Source: a virus
Lineage: Duplodnaviria > Caudoviricetes
Virus record (IMG/VR): IMGVR_UViG_3300017913_001667
Coordinates: 1-26,111 of that record
Strand: one strand, 5' to 3'
Length of the DNA: 26,111 nt
The translations under genes and the position numbers were made by a program. Below, piece after piece: positions 1 through 7,152 of this stretch; position 1 is the stretch's first letter, and each line of letters opens with the position of its first letter. Below the pieces are notes generated by a model. The model had not been told where the DNA came from and made no database searches. It saw only the letters and a program-made list of their open reading frames with translations.

Positions 1-4
1 GGCC

Positions 5-793
5 ATGCTGGCGCAAGCCTCAGATTGGCGTTTAGGCTCTGGCAAGACCCGGTTCGGGGATATGCTGGCCCGGAGCGTGTCTGCAGAGCATGCTGACCTG
101 CTATATCAGGAACTTTGTGCGCAGGTATCGGATCACCGAGGTGAGTCCGTAGTCAAAGTGCTGCGTAAAGTCTGGTTCAACGCCTTCCGTGCAGGAAAAG
201 TCTCTGGCAATCCATTTTCTCGGATGGGATTAGTCGGACTGAAGTCCAGAGAGATCAAATGGACTGAAGAGCAGGTGCGTCATTTTATTGACACTGCAGA
301 CAAGATGAACCGGGCAAGCGTCGGAACTTTGGCGCTTCTCTGTTTCGATCTGTGCCAGCGTCCCGGCGACATGATTAAGCTGACGCGGGCTAACCTTCAG
401 GGCGATGTGATGGTCTTCGTGCAGGAAAAGACCGGGACGGCCATGGAAGTACCCGTGTCTGACAGGCTCCTGCAGCGTATTGCCGGGTTACCTGAAGAGC
501 AGGATAACTTTGTCGTCTACGAGGCGACGGATCGCCCGTACGGAGACCGCTGGGGCTACAATAAGGTAGTCCGGAAGGTTCTGAAGGCTGCAGGACTGCC
601 AAAAGAACTTCAAATACGGGATTTAAGACGTTCTGGCGCAACAATTTTAGGGGAAAGTGGCTGTACCTATGACGAGTTGCGGGCCGTAACAGGCCACAAG
701 AGCGCGCAGGTACTTCAAACCTACGTTAAAACCACCCAAACCCTAGCCGGAAACGCTATGCGCAAGAGGTTCGCAAATGATAGTCCAAGATAG
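5..793 (+). CDS. int: Tyrosine recombinase / phage integrase (probably 5'-truncated by the window edge)
   Basis: Catalytic residues in order: R (CQRPGD), K (QEKTG), RDLRR (HxxR-box variant), H (TGHKS), Y (QTYV). The frame is open to the left edge. Confidence 0.92.
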   Translation: MLAQASDWRLGSGKTRFGDMLARSVSAEHADLLYQELCAQVSDHRGESVVKVLRKVWFNAFRAGKVSGNPFSRMGLVGLKSREIKWTEEQVRHFIDTADKMNRASVGTLALLCFDLCQRPGDMIKLTRANLQGDVMVFVQEKTGTAMEVPVSDRLLQRIAGLPEEQDNFVVYEATDRPYGDRWGYNKVVRKVLKAAGLPKELQIRDLRRSGATILGESGCTYDELRAVTGHKSAQVLQTYVKTTQTLAGNAMRKRFANDSPR

Positions 794-1316
794 CTTTAAC
801 ACTGACCAACAAATGCTTGATGAATATAACCAAAGTGAGAATTGGTCAGACCAATTTCAAGCGGACACGATGTGGACCCCCGGGTGGTGGGCAAAAGAGC
901 CTGAAAACATCTGGGAGCGCACGCTTCAGAAGATCTGGGAGCCGTTGATAACAGATACTAGCCCTGTGAAGGGCTTCGAGTACTGGCTTAATGTGATTCA
1001 CGTCTCAGATCACATGCAGTGGCACTTCGACAAGGACGAGGTGAAGTATGAAAGGGACGGCACTGTCGTGTCCCCGGCCATAGGGTCTGTTTATTATCCG
1101 GTCCCGCATCTAGTGAAGGGCGGATATCTGGAGATACAGGATGAAGTCCACGAGATCGAGCGTATCGCACCAGTCTACAATCGGATGATAGTCTTCCAGT
1201 CTAATCATCTTCACCGAGTCACTCCTGTTTATGCAGGGCCGCGGTTTGTATTTGTCTCTAACGTCTGGACGGAGACCGTCCCGGAGGCTTTCAGTGATAA
1301 ATCAGAAGAAGCCTGA
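777..1316 (+). CDS. 2OG-Fe(II) oxygenase (prolyl-4-hydroxylase-like fold)
   Basis: HxD (WHFDKDE), GGYLEI, NRMIVF, distal His (LHRVTPV) and 2OG-binding Arg (GPRFV). Overlaps the integrase end by 17 nt. Confidence 0.85.
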   Translation: MIVQDSFNTDQQMLDEYNQSENWSDQFQADTMWTPGWWAKEPENIWERTLQKIWEPLITDTSPVKGFEYWLNVIHVSDHMQWHFDKDEVKYERDGTVVSPAIGSVYYPVPHLVKGGYLEIQDEVHEIERIAPVYNRMIVFQSNHLHRVTPVYAGPRFVFVSNVWTETVPEAFSDKSEEA

Positions 1317-1326
1317 CTTTCCTGCC

Positions 1327-1452
1327 GTGGGCGTGGACCTAACTAATGTGCCTAATCCGCAACAGTTAAAGTGGCTTTATATTACATCGGTTCTTTTGCT
1401 TCCTCTGCTGACTGCAGCAGGGGTGGCGGGACTGATGTATTGGCTCGGTTGA
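1327..1452 (+). CDS. Putative small single-pass membrane protein (start uncertain)
   Basis: 3' part of track ORF 1231..1452, from the first GTG after the oxygenase stop. Hydrophobic C-terminus WLYITSVLLLPLLTAAGVAGLMYWLG; no clear RBS. Confidence 0.4.
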   Translation: MGVDLTNVPNPQQLKWLYITSVLLLPLLTAAGVAGLMYWLG

Positions 1453-1532
1453 GTCGTCAGTTAGACTTAAGAATTAAAACTTTTTCTAACTAAACTAAAT
1501 TTTTCTCAAATAATCGTTTGTTATCAGTGGAG

Positions 1533-1573
1533 TGGTAGGCCCGGAGGGACTTGAACCCCCAACCAAAGCGTTA
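1533..1573 (-). other. attP core: 3' half of a tRNA gene (probably Ile2/Met-CAT type; Lys not excluded)
   Basis: The minus strand reads TAA CGCTT TGGTT GGGGG TTCAAGT CCCTC CGGGCCT A CCA, i.e. end of anticodon loop, 3' anticodon stem, variable loop, T-arm, acceptor 3' strand and CCA. The 5' half is absent. It lies in AT-rich intergenic DNA about 740 bp downstream of the integrase. Confidence 0.9.
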
Positions 1574-1589
1574 AGGTACTATTGTTTAA

Positions 1590-1602
1590 TTTCAATACCT
1601 TA
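1590..1602 (+). promoter_or_regulatory. IHF-like binding site next to the att core
   Basis: TTTCAATACCTTA versus consensus WATCAANNNNTTR (one mismatch), 16 bp from the core. Confidence 0.45.
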
Positions 1603-1648
1603 TTTGCTTAGTGAGTTTATAACCCCATAACTAGTACTTTTCTAAGGC

Positions 1649-1677
1649 TAGACGATGACACTAACTAATGGTATTTT
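1649..1677 (+). promoter_or_regulatory. Predicted sigma70 promoter for primase with operator-like motif in the spacer
   Basis: TAGACG-17 nt-TATTTT with extended -10 TG; the spacer contains CACTAACTAATG (1659-1670). Confidence 0.55.
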
Positions 1678-1718
1678 TGCGAGGCCCTTCCGGGCCGAGC
1701 TATACCCATAGGGCACTT

Positions 1719-2522
1719 ATGTCTACATACAAAGAACAAAAAGAAATCATTTCAGACATTGAAATCTCTGATGGCGAAACAAAGAGAATCGACTGTCCTT
1801 TCTGTCTTGGTAAGTACACTTTTACTTTAACGAAGAAAGAGGGACAAACATTCTGGAACTGCTACAAGGCAAGTTGTGGATCTAAAGGGGCTGTCCGGAG
1901 CGGTTACGGCTTATCTGCAGTAAGAGACAAATTACTAGGAAAGTCTCAAAACAAACCTAGAAGATCCTTACCCCTTCCGAGAATGGTTTCACATCCCCGT
2001 TTCCATACTGACGTCATGAACTATCTAAAGTCAGTTAATTGCTTTGATGCTTACGGATTTGGGTGGGCGGACATAAAGTATGATCCCGTAAGAAACCGTG
2101 TTTTGTTTTACATGAATGAAGGTAAAGGCGCCGTGGGGCGTGCCTTGAATTATTGCGACAAACCTAAGTGGCTTTCTTATGGGGATACTAGTGGCCTTTA
2201 TGTCGTCAACAAAAATAGTCTCAATATGATACTAGTTGAGGACGCAGCGTCCGCTTGTTCTGTTTCTAGGCTGAAAAACGTACAGGGGTGTGCTTTATTA
2301 GGGACAAATGTATCACCCGAACAAAGAAAACAGATCCTGCAGTACGAAACTGTAACGATTATCCTTGACAAGGATGCTTCCAGAAAAGCTATAAAGCTAT
2401 TGAAACTGTTAAATAGCGAAGCGGTAACTACGAAAGTGACTGTCAAATTTACAGAAGAAGATCTTAAATATTTATCCATTCCACAGATAGAACAAGTAGT
2501 AGGAATACCCCATGAAAGCTAG
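1719..2522 (+). CDS. DNA primase (zinc-binding + TOPRIM), not fused to helicase
   Basis: N-terminal CPFC...CYKASC zinc motif; TOPRIM LVEDAASA and ILDKDA. Start moved from 1668 to ATG 1719 because 1668 lies inside the predicted promoter. Confidence 0.85.
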   Translation: MSTYKEQKEIISDIEISDGETKRIDCPFCLGKYTFTLTKKEGQTFWNCYKASCGSKGAVRSGYGLSAVRDKLLGKSQNKPRRSLPLPRMVSHPRFHTDVMNYLKSVNCFDAYGFGWADIKYDPVRNRVLFYMNEGKGAVGRALNYCDKPKWLSYGDTSGLYVVNKNSLNMILVEDAASACSVSRLKNVQGCALLGTNVSPEQRKQILQYETVTIILDKDASRKAIKLLKLLNSEAVTTKVTVKFTEEDLKYLSIPQIEQVVGIPHES

Positions 2523-2715
2523 AGCAATCGCAATCATAGACTTTGAATTTCAAGATGGATTCAAAGAAGCTGCATTAGAACAGACACGCCTAGAGGAAGC
2601 TATAGAAGCCGTAGTTAAGCAAAGTAAGTCTGTCGTCTACCACGAAGTAGACATGCGCGAACGCCGTGGAGATCAGAAGCCTGACTTAAAAAGAATGAAG
2701 ATCCGCATTAGTTAG
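2512..2715 (+). CDS. Hypothetical protein, 67 aa
   Basis: Fills the primase-helicase gap, has an AGGA RBS, overlaps the primase stop, and has protein-like composition. Confidence 0.75.
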   Translation: MKARAIAIIDFEFQDGFKEAALEQTRLEEAIEAVVKQSKSVVYHEVDMRERRGDQKPDLKRMKIRIS

Positions 2716-2741
2716 GTATTCACAAGAGACATTAGTTAGTG
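2706..2741. repeat. Paired operator-like direct repeat CATTAGTTAG (24-bp period)
   Basis: CATTAGTTAGGT at 2706-2717 and CATTAGTTAGTG at 2730-2741. The second is the exact reverse complement of 1659-1670 and the first of 1337-1348. Confidence 0.8.
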
Positions 2742-2748
2742 CTATAGT
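2719..2748 (+). promoter_or_regulatory. Predicted sigma70 promoter for helicase-polymerase
   Basis: TTCACA-18 nt-TATAGT with extended -10 TG; the -35 is bracketed by the two repeats. Confidence 0.6.
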
Positions 2749-2784
2749 CGGCCCCGTTACTCACCGAAACGGTTCTGATTAAGT

Positions 2785-4011
2785 ATGGATATAAAAATAC
2801 TAAAGTCTCTTCTGTCCCAAAATGTTTATCAAGAAAACCAATCTTCTCTTAACGCCTCACTCTTCGAGGGGTCTGCTAAAACGCTATTCAAATGCGTGTC
2901 CGAAGGTCACCAGAAATACAACCGTGACCTCGCGCAGGACGACCTTGAAGCCCTCTATCTCTTACACTACCCGGTAGCAACTCGCGCCGAGAAAGAAGAG
3001 TTCACGGACTATGTATGCTCCGTGATGAATGCCGCACCGCTACAGGAAGACATAGTCTCCGACGTAGTAAAGGAACTCTGGAAGCGTTCGCTAGGCCATA
3101 AGATAGCTAACCTCGGGTTAGAGATCAGCGAAGGCAGCGACGACGCCGTAGGTAAATTAGAGAAGCTTCTGGAGTCTACTCGGGACGGATTGATGCCCGA
3201 TGACTTTGGTCCGACGACGACTAAAGATCTTGATGCTCTTCTTGAGTTAACCAGCGACGACGCACGTTGGCAGTTCAACATCTCAACACTGAGCCGGCAT
3301 GTTTACGGAATCGGCCCCGGTGAATTTGGAACCATCTTTGCTCTACCCGAAACAGGGAAGACCGCGTTTGCAGTTAGTATTTGCTGCGCCCCGGGAGGAT
3401 TCTGCGATCAGGGCGCTTTAGTTCTCTATCTCGGAAATGAAGAAGAAACCCGTAGAACTATGCTGCGGGCTATGCAGGCATGGGCAGGCAAGACCCGCGC
3501 AGAGATAGCAAAAGATCCCAAGGCCCGTAAGGAAGCACATCAAAAGTTTGCCCAGATCGAAGAAAAGATCGAGATGAAAGATATCCAAGACTGGGATCTG
3601 AATCAGGTAGACGCTTATCTGTCCGTGATGACCCCGGATGTTGTAATCGTGGATCAGGGAGACAAGTGCCACGTAAACGGGACATTCTCTGCATCGCATG
3701 AACGGCTGCGGGAAGTCTATCGATCTCTCCGGGAACTCGCGAAGAAGCACCAGTGCGCCGTACTAACAGTTTCTCAAGCAAGCAATGAAGCCCGAGGCCG
3801 TACTCGGCTGTCCGGCTTCGATATGGAAGGCTCTCGCATCGGCAAGATGGCAGAGAACGATTTAGTAATCGGCATCGGCAAACAAGAACAAACGTCCGAG
3901 GATGAACAAGATCCTACTCGCTACCTCACAATATCTAAGAACAAGCTCTCTGGCTGGCACGGCACCGTGCTTTGTCGGATCGAGCCTGAAATCAGCCGGT
4001 ATGTGGAGTAA
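2785..4011 (+). CDS. Replicative DNA helicase, SF4 (DnaB / T7 gp4-like)
   Basis: Walker A ALPETGKT, YLGNEE, Walker B VVIVDQ, LTVSQA and C-terminal ISKNKLSG. Confidence 0.92.
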   Translation: MDIKILKSLLSQNVYQENQSSLNASLFEGSAKTLFKCVSEGHQKYNRDLAQDDLEALYLLHYPVATRAEKEEFTDYVCSVMNAAPLQEDIVSDVVKELWKRSLGHKIANLGLEISEGSDDAVGKLEKLLESTRDGLMPDDFGPTTTKDLDALLELTSDDARWQFNISTLSRHVYGIGPGEFGTIFALPETGKTAFAVSICCAPGGFCDQGALVLYLGNEEETRRTMLRAMQAWAGKTRAEIAKDPKARKEAHQKFAQIEEKIEMKDIQDWDLNQVDAYLSVMTPDVVIVDQGDKCHVNGTFSASHERLREVYRSLRELAKKHQCAVLTVSQASNEARGRTRLSGFDMEGSRIGKMAENDLVIGIGKQEQTSEDEQDPTRYLTISKNKLSGWHGTVLCRIEPEISRYVE

Positions 4012-4014
4012 GCC

Positions 4015-6129
4015 ATGACAGTTATCGTAATCGACTTAGAAACGACGGTATCCATGGTAGACGGCAACAAGGACAACAGCCCGTTTAACCCTAAAAACCG
4101 TATCGTATCCGCCCACTGGAGAATGGTGGAAGATGGCGTTATCGGAGAAGCAAAGCGCGCAATCTTTTATCACGTTGAGCAGACGGGCTGCGATGATCCT
4201 ACTGAACTCAGGCAGGATTTAGCGTCTGCAGATCTGCTAGTCGCCCACAATGCCAAGTTTGATGTGATGTATTTGCTCGAAGCAGGCTTTGAGATCCCTG
4301 AAAAGGTCCACTGCACTATGGTAGGCGAGTACATCTTCGCTAGAGCGCAGAACGTGGACAAAAGTCTGAAGGGCACGGCCCAGCGCCGGGACGTTACCCG
4401 AAAGCGGGATGACTTGGTGGATGAATTGTTCAGCAAGGGCACGGGGTTTGAGGAAATGCCCCTTAAAACCGTGATTGAGTACGCCGATACTGACGTTCTG
4501 TCGTGCGCTGAGATCTATCTGGCCCAGCGCCATGACCTTACGAAGGAAAGTAATGCTTCTCTGGAGCCTGTCTTCGATCTGACCAATGAAATGCTCTTGT
4601 TCCTTGTAGAGATTGAGCGAAACGGCATTCAGATCGATTGGGAAGAGCTAGAGCGCGTAGAGCGAGACTTTATCGACGAAAAGCGTGAACTAGAAGTGGC
4701 CCTGAATGAGATTGTAGTGAACTGCATGGGAGATACCCCGATCAACTTAAACTCTGGCGCGGACATGACCAAAGTCGTGTACTCCAGAGAGGTTGTGAAC
4801 CGTGATTTGCATAAGCGGATGTTCAACTGCGGTGTAGGGCCAAATGGAAAACCTCTTCCGACCGCCCGTATGTCAGTGTCTCAATTTGCAAACACGGTTA
4901 AGCGCACCACCGCTAAAGTTATGAAGACTGTGGCCGAACACTGTCACCGCTGTGATGGCAAGGGCCTGATCCAGAAGATCAAGAAGAACGGGGAGCCGTG
5001 GAAGAAGCAAACAAAGTGCCCAGCGTGCGGCGGACAGGGGTTCTTGCTCAATCCTACGGGCCGTATTGCCGGTCTGAAGCTGATCCCCCGCGGCCCAGAA
5101 GATGCCAGCATCAACGGGTTTAAAACAGACAAGGCGACTATTGGAAAGTTGTTGGTGCAAGCCAAGGACAAGGACAATCTGATTGCGATTGAGTTCCTGA
5201 CCAAGCTTACCCGCCTGAATGCCGTATCGGTTTATTTAGATTCCTTTGTTGCGGGAATAAAAACGTGGACTCGGCCGTCTGGCAGGCTGCACGCGCAGTT
5301 CAACCAGACCGTTACGCGGACGGGCCGGCTCTCGTCCTCAAACCCGAACTTCCAAAACTTGCCCAAGGGCAATAAGTTCCCAGTCAGGAAGTGTCTGATC
5401 TCTCGCTTTGATGGCGGCAACATTCTAGAGATCGACTTCAGCGGACTTGAGTTCCGGGTTGCTGGAGAGCTATCCCGCGACAGTCAGATCATTGAAGACA
5501 TTCGCGGAGGCAAGGACGTTCACAAGCAGACGGCCTCAATCATCAACCAGTGTGAGGTTGAGGAAGTTACTAAAGACATGAGGCAGGCCGCCAAGGCATA
5601 TACCTTCGCCCCGTTGTACGGTGGCATGGGGGCCAATGAGCCTGCCCACGTTCAGAAATACTTTAATGAATATTTTAATATCTATCAGGGACTGGCCGTA
5701 TGGCACAAAGAACTGATGGATGAGGTCCTTAGGACCGGGATAGTCCAGACGCCGTCAGGGCGCCAGTTCTACTTCCCAAATGCTCGGAGACTCCGGAATG
5801 GACGCATAACGAATGCTACGGCAGTTGTTAATTATCCAGTCCAGTCGTTCGCTACAGCGGATATTGTCCCGCTGAGTTGCGTCCGGGCATACAAAGAATT
5901 CAAGGCGCAGGGCCTGAAGTCTCTCTTAGTTCTAACCGTCCACGATTCAATCGTCTGTGACGTTTATCCCGGTGAGGAAGACGCCGTAGTAAAGGCGTTG
6001 GTCTGGGCAATGGAGAGAGTCGAAGAAGACCTAATCCTGCGTTTTGGATACCACCCTGTTTTACCTTTGACGACAGAAGCCGACATAGGAAAAAACTGGA
6101 TGGAAACGACACCAATTAGTGTTGCATAA
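4015..6129 (+). CDS. polA: DNA polymerase family A with 3'-5' exonuclease and inserted DnaJ-type zinc finger
   Basis: ExoI DLET, ExoII HNAKFD, ExoIII YADTD; TGRLSS; motif A DFSGLEFR; motif B RQAAKAYTFAPLYG; motif C VHDS; insertion CHRCDGKG...CPACGGQG. Confidence 0.96.
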   Translation: MTVIVIDLETTVSMVDGNKDNSPFNPKNRIVSAHWRMVEDGVIGEAKRAIFYHVEQTGCDDPTELRQDLASADLLVAHNAKFDVMYLLEAGFEIPEKVHCTMVGEYIFARAQNVDKSLKGTAQRRDVTRKRDDLVDELFSKGTGFEEMPLKTVIEYADTDVLSCAEIYLAQRHDLTKESNASLEPVFDLTNEMLLFLVEIERNGIQIDWEELERVERDFIDEKRELEVALNEIVVNCMGDTPINLNSGADMTKVVYSREVVNRDLHKRMFNCGVGPNGKPLPTARMSVSQFANTVKRTTAKVMKTVAEHCHRCDGKGLIQKIKKNGEPWKKQTKCPACGGQGFLLNPTGRIAGLKLIPRGPEDASINGFKTDKATIGKLLVQAKDKDNLIAIEFLTKLTRLNAVSVYLDSFVAGIKTWTRPSGRLHAQFNQTVTRTGRLSSSNPNFQNLPKGNKFPVRKCLISRFDGGNILEIDFSGLEFRVAGELSRDSQIIEDIRGGKDVHKQTASIINQCEVEEVTKDMRQAAKAYTFAPLYGGMGANEPAHVQKYFNEYFNIYQGLAVWHKELMDEVLRTGIVQTPSGRQFYFPNARRLRNGRITNATAVVNYPVQSFATADIVPLSCVRAYKEFKAQGLKSLLVLTVHDSIVCDVYPGEEDAVVKALVWAMERVEEDLILRFGYHPVLPLTTEADIGKNWMETTPISVA

Positions 6130-6150
6130 GGCCACTAGTTAGGTTAATTT
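6122..6150 (+). promoter_or_regulatory. Predicted sigma70 promoter for SSB with paired operator-like motifs
   Basis: TTGCAT-17 nt-TAATTT; CACTAGTTAGGT in the spacer (6133-6144) and CACCAATTAGTG directly upstream of the -35 (6110-6121). Confidence 0.5.
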
Positions 6151-6185
6151 AATTTTGTTACGTAAAACCTTTTGAGGACATTTAT

Positions 6186-7013
6186 ATGACTACTACTTTA
6201 CCTACCGTTTCAGCCGATAAAGCCAATGACGTTGCCGTATTATTAGGTGCAAAAGAGGCCCCGGCTCCTACCCAATCTCGACTTCCCAAGCTGAAAGTAA
6301 ATAGCATGCGGAAAGACGAGCAGGGACGTAAGATCCCTGAAGGTCAGTTCACACTCCAAGGCGACGGCATTGAGCCCGTTTACGCAGAGAAGGTCACCAT
6401 CCGGGTCCTGTCTCAGCTTTTCCAGTGGTTGCATTACGACCCCGAAGAAAACAAGGTAGTGAACAAGACGCTCATGATCCCTAACTTCCGCCATGAAGCA
6501 CGGGACATGAAGGGTGGGCTTCGTTGCGGTAAACCTACTAGCCGCGTACTTCGTGAGGCTTCTAAAGAAGAACAAAAGAAGTACAGCGATATTACTTGCT
6601 TCCGCCAGCTTCGTGTAATCGTCTCTTATGAAGGCGAAACTGCGGACGGTACGAAGCAGACTATCGAAAACCAGCCTGCAATTCTGATGCTGAAGGGCAG
6701 CAACTTTAATCCGTTTGAGGATGAAGTTGTTAAGTCTCTGCCGAAAGGGGCTTCTCTGTATGACTACCCAATTGAGGTAAGCGCAGAGGAAAACCAGAAT
6801 GGCTCCGTAATCTACTATGTCATGCACTTTGCGACTGACTTCAAAAAGAAGCTAGTCCTCGATGATGCCACCTACGAAACCATGGTTGTCATGGCGGAAA
6901 TGGTGAAGAGCGAGAATGACATGATTGAAGCTTCCCACCAGAAGTCTCTGCGGGAAGAGCAGTCTACCGACGATGCCATAGACGCGCTTGCCCTCGAATT
7001 AGAGGACGAGTGA
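6186..7013 (+). CDS. Probable single-stranded DNA-binding protein
   Basis: Lies between polymerase and nuclease, strong GAGGA RBS, beta-rich core and acidic C-terminal tail (ALELEDE). Function is inferred from synteny and composition. Confidence 0.6.
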   Translation: MTTTLPTVSADKANDVAVLLGAKEAPAPTQSRLPKLKVNSMRKDEQGRKIPEGQFTLQGDGIEPVYAEKVTIRVLSQLFQWLHYDPEENKVVNKTLMIPNFRHEARDMKGGLRCGKPTSRVLREASKEEQKKYSDITCFRQLRVIVSYEGETADGTKQTIENQPAILMLKGSNFNPFEDEVVKSLPKGASLYDYPIEVSAEENQNGSVIYYVMHFATDFKKKLVLDDATYETMVVMAEMVKSENDMIEASHQKSLREEQSTDDAIDALALELEDE

Positions 7014-7028
7014 GCCAATACTCCCTTG

Positions 7029-7083
7029 CAGGAGAGATCAGTCTTTTCATGTGGGTTTAGGCTGATGTGATCCTCCTGTTTTT
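7029..7083 (+). terminator. Long imperfect hairpin followed by T5 (terminator or processing site)
   Basis: CAGGAG-A-GATCA (7029-7040) pairs with TGATCCTCCTG (7068-7078), followed by TTTTT. Confidence 0.45.
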
Positions 7084-7143
7084 GAAGGGGCCTAGTTAGG
7101 ATTTTTCTCCTGTCCTTGAGAAGCTAGGCCCCTTCCTTTTTTT
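7084..7143 (+). terminator. Intrinsic-terminator-like hairpin with a large structured loop
   Basis: Perfect 12-bp inverted repeat GAAGGGGCCTAG (7084-7095) / CTAGGCCCCTTC (7124-7135), then C and T7. Confidence 0.6.
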
Positions 7144-7152
7144 GAGGTGACA

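Noticed and set aside
1461-1480. CtrA box (TTAA-N7-TTAA) near attP
   Set aside because: The TTAA half-sites are only 3 nt apart.
1533-1610. Complete phage tRNA gene
   Set aside because: Similarity stops in the anticodon loop; there is no D-arm or 5' acceptor strand. Treated as an att core.
7062-7070. Hammerhead ribozyme core (CTGATG)
   Set aside because: The sequence is CTGATGT rather than CTGAnGA, and there is no suitably placed GAAA.
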